Positions 31,816-39,644 of a DNA stretch of 64,000 nt are shown piece after piece. Both the position numbers and the translations under genes were made by a program. The stretch lies in the sequence record PV261925.1; one strand, written 5' to 3'. The number at the start of each line of letters is the position of its first letter. Positions within the stretch are counted from its first letter, which is position 1. The notes under the pieces are model-generated. The model saw nothing but the letters and a program-made list of their open reading frames with translations, did not search any database and had not been told where the DNA came from.

Positions 31816-32442
31816 TTATATATCCTTCACCTCGTACATATAATGATCAGAGGTTTCAATCTTCCTTTTGTTCTCTACACTATAGACTGTAGTATCAATC
31901 TCAAATCCAGGATTCTTTTCAATACGATTAAATGTCCAGGCATTATCATACCAAATGATTCGATTGTTAGGATAGGCGTAATAGTTACCAGTCTCTACTT
32001 TAAACAGGTGTGCACACTTATGTTCAGGTGTTTCTGAATAGTTGAGATCAGGTACACCTTTATTCTCCCAGGACCAATCTAAGGTGAACATATAATCACC
32101 CAATACCTTCTTACCATCAGGACGAATCAATTGTGCTTCAAGACCAGCAAGTCGATGTCGTCTTTGTACATCAATATAAGGACTGAAGCAATCCCAATAC
32201 ATGATCTGCTCTAAGGGTTCTATCTCGGCCTCTGGGTCCCAACAAAATGCATGTAGGGGTCTCCGTGTCCAATTGACACCATTCTCCAGAAACGCTTCAA
32301 ATAGAGGCACACGTTTCTCAATACTTGCCACACTATGAACATCGGCCTTAGTGACCTCTCCATGTCCTTTCTTGTGGTTATACAGAAACTCATTACGAAT
32401 GTAACAAGACCAATCAGGTAAACTGTGATTTAAGTAAGCCAA
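31816..32442 (-). CDS. Conserved hypothetical protein of marine T4-like phages
   Basis: 208 aa, YIRNEFLYNHKKGHGE...EHKCAH...YAYPNNRIIW; TTG start overlapping upstream gene end. Confidence 0.8.
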   Translation of the reverse strand: MAYLNHSLPDWSCYIRNEFLYNHKKGHGEVTKADVHSVASIEKRVPLFEAFLENGVNWTRRPLHAFCWDPEAEIEPLEQIMYWDCFSPYIDVQRRHRLAGLEAQLIRPDGKKVLGDYMFTLDWSWENKGVPDLNYSETPEHKCAHLFKVETGNYYAYPNNRIIWYDNAWTFNRIEKNPGFEIDTTVYSVENKRKIETSDHYMYEVKDI

Positions 32443-32804
32443 TTCCTTTCTCCTGGAAAATAATAATCAGTGAGTTCTTCGTCCTTAAGTATATCACGAA
32501 CTGCATACAGTTTACCTGTACTTCGTTCATATGCTACATTCGGTTCATGTGAATGATTGATGTAATACTGTTGACCTAACCGTTGTAGATCATCATCAAT
32601 CCAATAACCATTACCATCATAATAAGTCATCTTCTCTAGATACTCTCTTATTTCAGATGATATCTGCCATTCACATATTTGAACACACTTCTTAGGTTCA
32701 AAGATAATAGTATCTTTTGGAATATCCACTAAAGAAAAAACACCCACCCCGTCACAGACTTTACTGGGAGCGAGATAGGTGTAAACAGTTAGATTATAAC
32801 TCAA
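32430..32804 (-). CDS. SET-domain protein (putative lysine methyltransferase)
   Basis: DGVGVF (GxG), YYINHSHEPN (NHSxxPN) and DEELTDYY (EELxxxY) in canonical SET order. Confidence 0.8.
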   Translation of the reverse strand: MSYNLTVYTYLAPSKVCDGVGVFSLVDIPKDTIIFEPKKCVQICEWQISSEIREYLEKMTYYDGNGYWIDDDLQRLGQQYYINHSHEPNVAYERSTGKLYAVRDILKDEELTDYYFPGERNWLT

Positions 32805-32947
32805 CGTCCTTGACCACGATAACGCTTCTTCTTACCGTTTCGAGAGGAAGCTGACAACTTAGTGTGCTTACCACTACCTTGACGTGATTTCTTTGGAGTT
32901 GACTCGATCATTGTTTGACCAGTCAGTGAACGTTTAAACTTTGCCAT
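32801..32947 (-). CDS. Small very basic protein (48 aa)
   Basis: Hand translation MAKFKRSLTGQTMIESTPKKSRQGSGKHTKLSASSRNGKKKRYRGQGR; GGAGG RBS; stop overlaps SET start. Confidence 0.8.
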   Translation of the reverse strand: MAKFKRSLTGQTMIESTPKKSRQGSGKHTKLSASSRNGKKKRYRGQGR

Positions 32948-32955
32948 AATACCTC

Positions 32956-33522
32956 CTAATATGGTTCAAAATAATTTAAAACTTCATCAATGTGAAACAC
33001 ATAGCACGGAGCTGTTGTGTATCCATAGTATAACATCTTTTGTATCCTATGGGAACCATCCATTGATCTATATCTCTTTCCAGTAATCGTAGTAGTACCA
33101 TCTAATAAGATACCTGGATATGTAATATCTGCTTCAATGACTCTACTACCACCACAACATGGACAATATAATGTATCTGAGGTAGCTCCATATTTCTCTT
33201 CCTGATACCATTGAATATCAGAAATCGGAACATCCAGTAGTCTATCTGAATTACGCATCCAATTCAATCTTCTTAATCGAATCCAATACCCTTCACCTAC
33301 CTCTGGAATATGCCAATTGGTTTCGGACTTGAATCCAGACTTATCATAATGTTGAAAACTATCACCCTCAAAGTAATGAGAAAATAATAACTCATCATAC
33401 CATCCATCATAACCATATAACTTTAATTCATTGTCTCGATAATCATCAATACAATAAATGTTACCAGGTATCAGTTCTGGATACTGTGAGAAACCATCAT
33501 ACAATACAAGTAATCCTTTCAT
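32956..33522 (-). CDS. Hypothetical protein with C-terminal ParB/sulfiredoxin-like domain
   Basis: YPGI...YRSMDGSHRIQK matches the DGxHR motif; start moved to ATG 33522 because the longer start lies in the upstream terminator. Confidence 0.6.
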   Translation of the reverse strand: MKGLLVLYDGFSQYPELIPGNIYCIDDYRDNELKLYGYDGWYDELLFSHYFEGDSFQHYDKSGFKSETNWHIPEVGEGYWIRLRRLNWMRNSDRLLDVPISDIQWYQEEKYGATSDTLYCPCCGGSRVIEADITYPGILLDGTTTITGKRYRSMDGSHRIQKMLYYGYTTAPCYVFHIDEVLNYFEPY

Positions 33523-33524
33523 AT

Positions 33525-33547
33525 AAAAAAGGGGGGTCGAAACCCCC
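33525..33547 (-). terminator. Rho-independent terminator
   Basis: Minus strand GGGGG-TTTCGA-CCCCC-C-TTTTTT, 6 nt after the stop at 33553. Confidence 0.85.
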
Positions 33548-33552
33548 ATACA

Positions 33553-34332
33553 TCAGATCACCCGAGTCTTCTCATGACCCACTCGAATCCGTGGATCACA
33601 CCAGATATCATATCCAGCTTCAATTGCATCAAGACAGAATGAAACGTCTTCACCACACATATCTTGAACTGCACCACTTTCAAACACTTGCATCTTAGGA
33701 GCAAACCAAGGATACTTCATCTTCTCATTCTCAAAGACACCATTCTGAATCAGAACCCAACCGAATCCAGTATAGTCAACAGTAAATGGCTTCTTACGCT
33801 TACTGATACCATCAACCATCTCATGATTCATCACACCACCATTATTCCTGAAGTCATCTTCTTCCAACCAATGCGCAACAGAGGTTGTCCGCCCGTCCTC
33901 AGTCGAATACCAACCTGCAACGATTTCCTTCTCCTCACCTTCAGAGTTTAACGCGAGGTCGCACAGCTGCCAGAACTTCTCAGTGTTAAAAATAATATCA
34001 GAGTCAATCCACAACTGATAATCATAATTCAACTTACCATCCCAAGGAATCTGGTCAGGCCCTCTCAACACATTGGCGCCGAGACACTTACAACGTGCGA
34101 AGTTCACCATAGACGAGTAATCCTGACTGATCTGAATACTCATCTGGTTCTGTACAAGATCAAAACATAACTGTACAAAATTCTTCATGAATGCATATGA
34201 ACATCCACGTCCTGGAAGACAAAAAACAATTGCCTTCCCTCTCATCCTCTCTTTGATCGCTTCATAGTCCCACTCAGGACCTTTATCTTTCTTCTTTGGT
34301 TCTGAAGCTTTTACTGTAAAACCTTTAGCCAT
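33553..34332 (-). CDS. Glycosyltransferase-fold (GT-A, DxD) conserved cyanophage protein
   Basis: IVFCLPG...VNFARCK...LWIDSDI...GEDVSFC...WCDPRIRVGHEK; start set at ATG 34332 (GGAG RBS, promoter just upstream). Confidence 0.75.
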   Translation of the reverse strand: MAKGFTVKASEPKKKDKGPEWDYEAIKERMRGKAIVFCLPGRGCSYAFMKNFVQLCFDLVQNQMSIQISQDYSSMVNFARCKCLGANVLRGPDQIPWDGKLNYDYQLWIDSDIIFNTEKFWQLCDLALNSEGEEKEIVAGWYSTEDGRTTSVAHWLEEDDFRNNGGVMNHEMVDGISKRKKPFTVDYTGFGWVLIQNGVFENEKMKYPWFAPKMQVFESGAVQDMCGEDVSFCLDAIEAGYDIWCDPRIRVGHEKTRVI

Positions 34333-34361
34333 GAATTTGAAATCACTCCATTTCAATTTTT

Positions 34362-34390
34362 ATTATACCAAGTATGTAGTCCTCTGTCAA
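34362..34390 (-). promoter_or_regulatory. Sigma70-type promoter
   Basis: TTGACA-17 nt-TATAAT, perfect consensus, upstream of the glycosyltransferase-like gene. Confidence 0.85.
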
Positions 34391-34412
34391 TCACTGAGGG
34401 TATCGGTAAACC

Positions 34413-34625
34413 CTACTGTGACGTGTCTGACAAATTACTGATATCCACTCCTTCTTGTAGTACATTCACTACCTCATATGAGAGATCCTCAGCTTGATAG
34501 TCAGTCTTCACTAGGCCCACCAGGTTCTTTAAAGTCTCCCAACTACTTCGAAAATTCTCTTCTGACAAACTATGTAATACACACTCGTCCTTTAAGTATA
34601 TGTGGTAGATCTTTGTAGAACTCAT
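34413..34625 (-). CDS. Conserved small hypothetical protein
   Basis: 70 aa, KIYHIYLKDECVLHSL...W. Confidence 0.7.
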   Translation of the reverse strand: MSSTKIYHIYLKDECVLHSLSEENFRSSWETLKNLVGLVKTDYQAEDLSYEVVNVLQEGVDISNLSDTSQ

Positions 34626-34808
34626 AGATGCGCCGACCTTATGACAATTTTTTTATATATGGAATTTTTTTTATATGGGCAATATCTTAAGGCCGTTTGG
34701 GGACCTTTGTAGGTTAGGAAAGGCGCAATTTCTTTTAAGGGGGGGCTCTTTGCGGGATCCCCGCGGTACTCGAAGGCCCTAAAATACTGTCGAATTTGGC
34801 ATAGTGTC

Positions 34809-34849
34809 ATTATAACATATAAGGCCACAGAGTGTCAAGAACTGTGGCC
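34809..34849 (-). promoter_or_regulatory. Sigma70-type promoter with inverted repeat around the -35
   Basis: TTGACA-18 nt-TATAAT; GGCCACAG/CTGTGGCC 8-bp inverted repeat (34823-34830, 34842-34849) flanks the -35. Confidence 0.7.
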
Positions 34850-34860
34850 CTGGTATGTTA

Positions 34861-35112
34861 TCACGCGAAGAGATAAGTTCCGCGGTCGATGCGAGTAACT
34901 CCGCGTCCTTCTTTCACAGCTTTCAGGATAGCCATTTTAGTCATAAAGTTCCCGCAGCATTCAGTCTGCATCCATGTGTCCCATGCACGGTTGTTGTTAT
35001 ACAGTGCACGCAGAGTAGGATACAACTCCTGCAGTGTATATGCACCGTTGAGTGATGGGATGATGTCGCGGACCCAATTGCGGATCTCTTTGTTAATTGC
35101 TTTGGTTTCCAT
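34861..35112 (-). CDS. Hypothetical protein, possibly winged-helix DNA binding
   Basis: METKAINKEIR...ILKAVKEGRGVTRIDRGTYLFA; start chosen at ATG 35112 after an AC-rich leader. Confidence 0.55.
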   Translation of the reverse strand: METKAINKEIRNWVRDIIPSLNGAYTLQELYPTLRALYNNNRAWDTWMQTECCGNFMTKMAILKAVKEGRGVTRIDRGTYLFA

Positions 35113-35198
35113 GTGTTGAGTGTGTGGTGAGTAGTGTATACAAAGGGGGTTCATATAGGCCCCCTTATATAAGCCCTTCATATAGGGCCCTTATGTGA

Positions 35199-35351
35199 TC
35201 AGAACTCAAGCGGTTCGAGTGTAGGTTGGGCCTGGGGGATTTGCACCTGTTCGATGTTATCACTGTTCGTAGCGATAGCCTCAAGGATGTTCAGGATTTG
35301 AGCACCATTGTTACCCTTACGAAGCAGAGAGATCATCAGATTGCGGGACAT
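35199..35351 (-). CDS. Small hypothetical protein (50 aa)
   Basis: Hand translation MSRNLMISLLRKGNNGAQILNILEAIATNSDNIEQVQIPQAQPTLEPLEF; ACAC-rich leader. Confidence 0.65.
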   Translation of the reverse strand: MSRNLMISLLRKGNNGAQILNILEAIATNSDNIEQVQIPQAQPTLEPLEF

Positions 35352-35422
35352 GTGTTTGTGTGAGTTAGTGTGTGAATTGTGATGAGTTTAATGACATCAT
35401 CAGGTCATACAGTAAGTGTAAC

Positions 35423-35539
35423 TCAGAGCAGCGCTTTGCGTTTGCGATTGATCTGAGAGGGCAGTACAGTAACTGTTACTTTCTTGCCATTAGCTTTGAG
35501 TTCATCAATGGACTTCAGCAGTTGTTGATAGTTGGTCAT
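35423..35539 (-). CDS. Small hypothetical protein (38 aa)
   Basis: Hand translation MTNYQQLLKSIDELKANGKKVTVTVLPSQINRKRKALL; ATG about 20 nt downstream of repeat copy 1. Confidence 0.6.
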   Translation of the reverse strand: MTNYQQLLKSIDELKANGKKVTVTVLPSQINRKRKALL

Positions 35540-35558
35540 GATGATTGCCGTGGTTACA

Positions 35559-35590
35559 CTATAGCGGACCTTTGGAGGTGAGTAATTTTG
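35559..35590 (-). promoter_or_regulatory. Repeat copy 1 (putative early promoter)
   Basis: + strand ctatagcggacctttggaggtgagtaattttg. Confidence 0.75.
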
Positions 35591-35642
35591 AAGTCCTCAG
35601 AGTGTTACAGATAAGTGATACTGATTTGACACGATTGGGGGG

Positions 35643-35671
35643 TTGACAGAATAGGAAAGGCCTGATAGACT
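35643..35671 (+). promoter_or_regulatory. Antisense-oriented sigma70-like promoter
   Basis: TTGACA-17 nt-TAGACT on + strand in a 270-nt non-coding gap. Confidence 0.5.
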
Positions 35672-35857
35672 ACGGTCTTAGACGACTATAAGATCAGGCA
35701 TTTAGCAGGGGGTTTATAGGCACTCATGAGATACTAGCGAGACCCTTTGTAGCACATTACAAGACACTTTCGCAAACATTCGCATACATTTATAAAAGGC
35801 TTTAATATACAAAAAAAGGCAAATAGCAGTATTTATTCACCTTTTTGGAGGGTAATT

Positions 35858-36028
35858 TCATTGTAACTTAGTGAAAGGATTACATGTTGTTCTTGTTACT
35901 GGATCACCTAATTGTTCTCTTGATGGGATGTCATCATGTGGTCTATATGCACTGATGATTGGTGATAACAAGAGAGCTAATCTTTCATCCATTTGTGTAT
36001 GTCTGAGGTGATAGATGTGATGATTCAT
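35858..36028 (-). CDS. Small hypothetical protein (56 aa; alternative start 35992)
   Basis: ATGA overlap with upstream stop; ...MDERLALLLSPIISAYRPHDDIPSREQLGDPVTRTTCNPFTKLQ. Confidence 0.4.
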   Translation of the reverse strand: MNHHIYHLRHTQMDERLALLLSPIISAYRPHDDIPSREQLGDPVTRTTCNPFTKLQ

Positions 36029-36342
36029 ACAGTAGTCATCTCCAGATAATCAGCTTCAGTTTGTAACTTCTTACCATTCCAAATATAGATCATTGGATCA
36101 TCACAAGCACCATAATCTTCAACCTCTCCATCATCATTAAAAGTTACATAATCACGCAGTGAAACTACAACCATTGCGGTCTGATTACCAAGATGATTGA
36201 TACATGCTTCGAGAGTGTAATCATCAAGATCACCACAAGCTGGAGTCCATTGAATATCAAGATCTTCGTTGCGATCTTCCTCTACAATATAACGGTGCTC
36301 ATCTACAGAAAAGTCAAAGGCTTCGATAGTGGCGAATTCCAT
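36025..36342 (-). CDS. Acidic hypothetical protein
   Basis: 105 aa ORF starting about 19 nt after repeat copy 2. Confidence 0.75.
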   Translation of the reverse strand: MEFATIEAFDFSVDEHRYIVEEDRNEDLDIQWTPACGDLDDYTLEACINHLGNQTAMVVVSLRDYVTFNDDGEVEDYGACDDPMIYIWNGKKLQTEADYLEMTTV

Positions 36343-36360
36343 GTGATTGTGTGTCTTATA

Positions 36361-36392
36361 CTATAGTGGACGTTTGAAGGTGAGTAACTTTG
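36361..36392 (-). promoter_or_regulatory. Repeat copy 2
   Basis: + strand ctatagtggacgtttgaaggtgagtaactttg. Confidence 0.75.
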
Positions 36393-36397
36393 TAGAG

Positions 36398-36556
36398 TTA
36401 TGATTGACTTACTTTATTGATAACAACTCGATGAGCAGGGTATCTCGCTTCAACTAATTGTCTTATAAAGTCTCTATCAGAACGATCAGATTGAAGAGAA
36501 AACTCATGCCTTCTCCCCTTGTCATCATTCCAATAACCAGTGCAATTGTAGATCAT
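36398..36556 (-). CDS. Small hypothetical protein (52 aa)
   Basis: Hand translation MIYNCTGYWNDDKGRRHEFSLQSDRSDRDFIRQLVEARYPAHRVVINKVSQS; ATGA overlap with upstream gene. Confidence 0.65.
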   Translation of the reverse strand: MIYNCTGYWNDDKGRRHEFSLQSDRSDRDFIRQLVEARYPAHRVVINKVSQS

Positions 36557-36828
36557 TTGAAGAAATTAAGACGGTGGAGTTCAGTATAAGCGAAACGACG
36601 CATATTGTCATCCTCTGTTGTATGATACAAATTGATCATACGCTGACAATAATCAGACCTCTTTGCGATCGGTGTGATACTTTGGCGTGAAGTGTAGCCA
36701 AGGTCATTGTTACCATTGGTCCGTACTTTAGGCCGGCCAAAGTTACCAGTGACATTACCTGTTGTTCTCAGTTTAGGCTTGATCTTTGAGAGATTTGAAT
36801 CAGTCATGAACTTCGGAGTTGTCATCAA
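36553..36828 (-). CDS. Conserved hypothetical protein
   Basis: 91 aa, SNLSKIKPKLRTTGNVTGNFGRPKV. Confidence 0.7.
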   Translation of the reverse strand: MMTTPKFMTDSNLSKIKPKLRTTGNVTGNFGRPKVRTNGNNDLGYTSRQSITPIAKRSDYCQRMINLYHTTEDDNMRRFAYTELHRLNFFK

Positions 36829-36937
36829 TTACAGTTACAATTTGTCCGTCTTGAGTTAGAATTTCATACTGAGTTTGAAATGATGAAATATCAGCCTTTC
36901 CAACAATAATAGCAGTGGTGAGGATAAATTCAATCAT
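36800..36937 (-). CDS. Small hypothetical protein with hydrophobic N-terminus (45 aa)
   Basis: Hand translation MIEFILTTAIIVGKADISSFQTQYEILTQDGQIVTVIDDNSEVHD. Confidence 0.55.
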   Translation of the reverse strand: MIEFILTTAIIVGKADISSFQTQYEILTQDGQIVTVIDDNSEVHD

Positions 36938-36998
36938 TAGTTAAACCTTTATACAAAAAGAGTAATAAAAAAATGAGAAGAATAAAACCTATGATCGA

Positions 36999-37262
36999 TC
37001 ATAACTCCCATAGCATTTCATTCATCTCATTCACATCAATGTTAGGATCATCCCAACGAACACCATCACCAGTCTTGCAGAGATGTTTACCAATTTGTCC
37101 ATCCATCATACAGCGGACAAACTTATCCCAAGGAGTCTCCAAACCCTCACGGTAGGTTACACATGCCTTGGCTGTGTTGTAAAGAAACTCATCATTGCCG
37201 ATCCAAAGAGCAGCGTTCCAAGTTTCATAATTAGACCAACCGTTGTAGGTAGAATCAGACAT
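36999..37262 (-). CDS. Conserved hypothetical protein
   Basis: 87 aa, YNGWSNYETWNAALWIGNDE...TGDGVRWDD pattern familiar from cyanophage early genes. Confidence 0.8.
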   Translation of the reverse strand: MSDSTYNGWSNYETWNAALWIGNDEFLYNTAKACVTYREGLETPWDKFVRCMMDGQIGKHLCKTGDGVRWDDPNIDVNEMNEMLWEL

Positions 37263-37366
37263 AGTAGAAAAAGAAATAAAGGTGGTGATTAAGTGTGGTT
37301 CAGAGAAACAAGTCAGAGAAGCAATCTAGAAGAGAGAAGTCTGAGCGAGAAGTCTGAACCCTTACA

Positions 37367-37398
37367 CCTATGTGGACATTTCGAGGTGAGTAATTCTG
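37367..37398 (-). promoter_or_regulatory. Repeat copy 3
   Basis: + strand cctatgtggacatttcgaggtgagtaattctg. Confidence 0.75.
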
Positions 37399-37401
37399 TG
37401 G

Positions 37402-37734
37402 TCACACAATCTTCACTTGTTCAATCTTCTCTGATTGGAAAGATTGATCCTCATACTCAACCTCAGGAGAGAATGCGACTCCAATCATACCAAGAATGAT
37501 AAGATTGACAAAGTTGATCACAAAAACACTTGGCACACCTAATACAAACCAAGGTGTCCATTTGCCTTGAAGACCACGAAGAACTCCCCAACTTGCAAGA
37601 GCTCCAATAGGCCCAGCGGTCAATAATCCTGCAGTGGCAGCAACACCTTGTTCAAAACCTGAGGCGGTCTGACGTACAATAACTTGTTGCTGATTGTTGG
37701 TGATAGGATCAGGAGTGGTGATAGTCATAATCAA
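37402..37734 (-). CDS. Putative membrane protein
   Basis: 110 aa with two hydrophobic segments (GLLTAGPIGALASWG; WFVLGVPSVFVINFVNLIILGMIG). Confidence 0.7.
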   Translation of the reverse strand: MIMTITTPDPITNNQQQVIVRQTASGFEQGVAATAGLLTAGPIGALASWGVLRGLQGKWTPWFVLGVPSVFVINFVNLIILGMIGVAFSPEVEYEDQSFQSEKIEQVKIV

Positions 37735-37765
37735 AAAGTGTTAGTTTAAGAAGAAAAGTTAGAAA

Positions 37766-38203
37766 TCAGAAGTGTTGTGGACAGATACGCTTTGCAGCGT
37801 TCAATACATCAAGATCACCCATGCTGATGGTCATCACATAGTTTTCACCATTGCGATTGACACCATTGTTTGCCATCAGTGTCAGAGTGTCGCAATGTTT
37901 AGATGCCCAATTCTCAATCTCTGAAACTTCATATTCAGCCTCAGTTTGATCACCAATAGTTTCAACTGGTGCAGGAACTTGAGCGATTGGTGTATTGTTG
38001 GCGACTTCAGATCGCTGGATGTCTTTACCCATATCCATAACAATCAGTCCAGAAGTCAATGCCGAGACAACACACATTGCGCCGACTTGAATGTAGTTGA
38101 ATTTCATAAAATCAGTTACCATTGAGAAAATCATGTAATGCTTCCAAATACTCTTCTTTGGTCTCAAATGTGCGACCATAGATTGTCTTTGGAAATTCGC
38201 CAA
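37766..38203 (-). CDS. Hypothetical membrane-anchored protein (true start probably downstream)
   Basis: ORF with hydrophobic VGAMCVVSALTSGLIVM segment and a Cys pair; start uncertain. Confidence 0.55.
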   Translation of the reverse strand: MANFQRQSMVAHLRPKKSIWKHYMIFSMVTDFMKFNYIQVGAMCVVSALTSGLIVMDMGKDIQRSEVANNTPIAQVPAPVETIGDQTEAEYEVSEIENWASKHCDTLTLMANNGVNRNGENYVMTISMGDLDVLNAAKRICPQHF

Positions 38204-38271
38204 GTTCGGCGGGTTTGTTGACAGGATCTTTGCCCTGTGACTTGATTTGATCAGTGTAAGTGTTTCTCATA

Positions 38272-38303
38272 CTATAGTGGACCTTTCGAGGTGAGTAATT
38301 CTG
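38272..38303 (-). promoter_or_regulatory. Repeat copy 4
   Basis: + strand ctatagtggacctttcgaggtgagtaattctg. Confidence 0.75.
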
Positions 38304-38305
38304 TG

Positions 38306-38506
38306 TCAGTCTAATCTCTTGAAATGAACTGAATTAAACTGACCTGATTTGTTCTCTAATGTAATCTTAGTGTACCATGGTTGAATGTCAACACTCTCGA
38401 CAACATAGCGATGACCAACTATCAAATGAGATGGATAATCACTCGATGCCCATAACAACTGTTCATGAGTTGCTCCCTTAAATTCTACTATATCACCTGA
38501 CTGCAT
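38306..38506 (-). CDS. Small hypothetical protein
   Basis: 66 aa, GDIVEFKGA...QFNSVHF; stop 2 nt before repeat copy 4. Confidence 0.7.
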   Translation of the reverse strand: MQSGDIVEFKGATHEQLLWASSDYPSHLIVGHRYVVESVDIQPWYTKITLENKSGQFNSVHFKRLD

Positions 38507-38756
38507 TTATCATATCCTCCCACACTTCTTCGCCCATCATATCACTAATCTCCTCTTGCAAGTCAGTTTCATCATAATCTTTCATATTTGTTTCTATTTG
38601 TTCTGCTGCCCACTGACATAGAGTCTTGAGATCCATACCATCAACGATTAGCCAGGCATAGTCATTCTTTAGGTTATCAAGTTGTTCAGGTGTGAGTGTC
38701 ATTGGATCAGTGTAATATGCGACAAAAGACATAAAAAAAGAGGGTAAAACCCTCAA
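38493..38756 (-). CDS. Acidic hypothetical protein (start probably at MTLTPEQL)
   Basis: YAWLIVDGMDLKTLCQWA pattern; start uncertain. Confidence 0.65.
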   Translation of the reverse strand: MRVLPSFFMSFVAYYTDPMTLTPEQLDNLKNDYAWLIVDGMDLKTLCQWAAEQIETNMKDYDETDLQEEISDMMGEEVWEDMINAVR

Positions 38757-39097
38757 GCAAAAACATAACCAGAATGGAAATCTTCAACGTTGTAGACTTT
38801 ACCAGTTACTGAAGATTCGCCAATGAACTTGCGAACATACCAGAGAAAGTCTTTCTGGAAAACACCTTCACCAGCGATACAATACTCTTCGCAAAGTGCA
38901 TTGAGTCGTGATTTAGTGGTGTTAGATTGCCAACCACCGTCAAAGATAGTCAGGCTAGTGTCATCAACCAGAGCAATTTTATTGCCGTGGAGATAAACAG
39001 TGGAAACACCCATGTTGGTGACAACTTCAGTGTTTCCAGATTTCCAGTTTTTGTTGCCGTTGATGGCTTCAATCATCTGGGATTCAATCTTACGCAT
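38753..39097 (-). CDS. Conserved hypothetical protein
   Basis: 114 aa, MRKIESQM...VYLHGNKIA...GGWQSNTTKSRLNAL; starts about 20 nt after repeat copy 5. Confidence 0.8.
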   Translation of the reverse strand: MRKIESQMIEAINGNKNWKSGNTEVVTNMGVSTVYLHGNKIALVDDTSLTIFDGGWQSNTTKSRLNALCEEYCIAGEGVFQKDFLWYVRKFIGESSVTGKVYNVEDFHSGYVFA

Positions 39098-39117
39098 GTG
39101 GTTTAGTGGTTCTTACA

Positions 39118-39149
39118 CTATAGTGGACATTTGGAGGTGAGTAATTCTA
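39118..39149 (-). promoter_or_regulatory. Repeat copy 5
   Basis: + strand ctatagtggacatttggaggtgagtaattcta; overlaps TAG of 39147..39614. Confidence 0.75.
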
Positions 39150-39614
39150 GTCTCTGGTAATTAACCACCAAAGTATACCACCAACGACAATTAAGGGAAT
39201 GGTAATATACCAATATGCAATGGCAACAAATACTATACCAAGTGCAAGTAGACCTCCTATGTCACCCATTGACATACTACTTCCACCAGAGTTAGTGTTA
39301 TTGTAATTGACCTGATGTGTCCCACTAGATGTAATTGGAGTGGGTGTAGATGATGCCTTGATTCTTTCCTCCTGGTCTCTAAATCGTTGGTTTTGTTCTT
39401 CTATCTTTCTCTTGCGTTCTTCTTCTCTTCTATTATGTTCTTCACGTCTTCCAATATCATAATTATCGACCAATATCGCTGATTTAACATTGGCGCCAGG
39501 ATAACGTGACCGTGCAACATCAAGTGCAGCATTGCCACTATTCACACCATCAATCAAAATATCTTGGTTGCGGTAGTTACGATCGCCGTAAATGTGAATT
39601 TTGTAAGTAGGCAT
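39147..39614 (-). CDS. Hypothetical protein with coiled coil and C-terminal transmembrane segment
   Basis: 155 aa; REEERKRKIEEQ coil; GLLALGIVFVAIAYWYITIPLIVVGGILWWLI. Confidence 0.7.
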   Translation of the reverse strand: MPTYKIHIYGDRNYRNQDILIDGVNSGNAALDVARSRYPGANVKSAILVDNYDIGRREEHNRREEERKRKIEEQNQRFRDQEERIKASSTPTPITSSGTHQVNYNNTNSGGSSMSMGDIGGLLALGIVFVAIAYWYITIPLIVVGGILWWLITRD

Positions 39615-39644
39615 GAGATTGAAGAATAAAATACTTTAACAAGT

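Noticed and set aside
34622-34828. 68-aa minus-strand ORF
   Set aside because: Starts inside the promoter spacer, crosses homopolymer tracts, no RBS; treated as non-coding.
35577-35585. AG|GTGAGT in the repeat is a perfect eukaryotic 5' splice site
   Set aside because: It is on the non-coding strand of a bacteriophage, with no introns or acceptor sites; coincidence.
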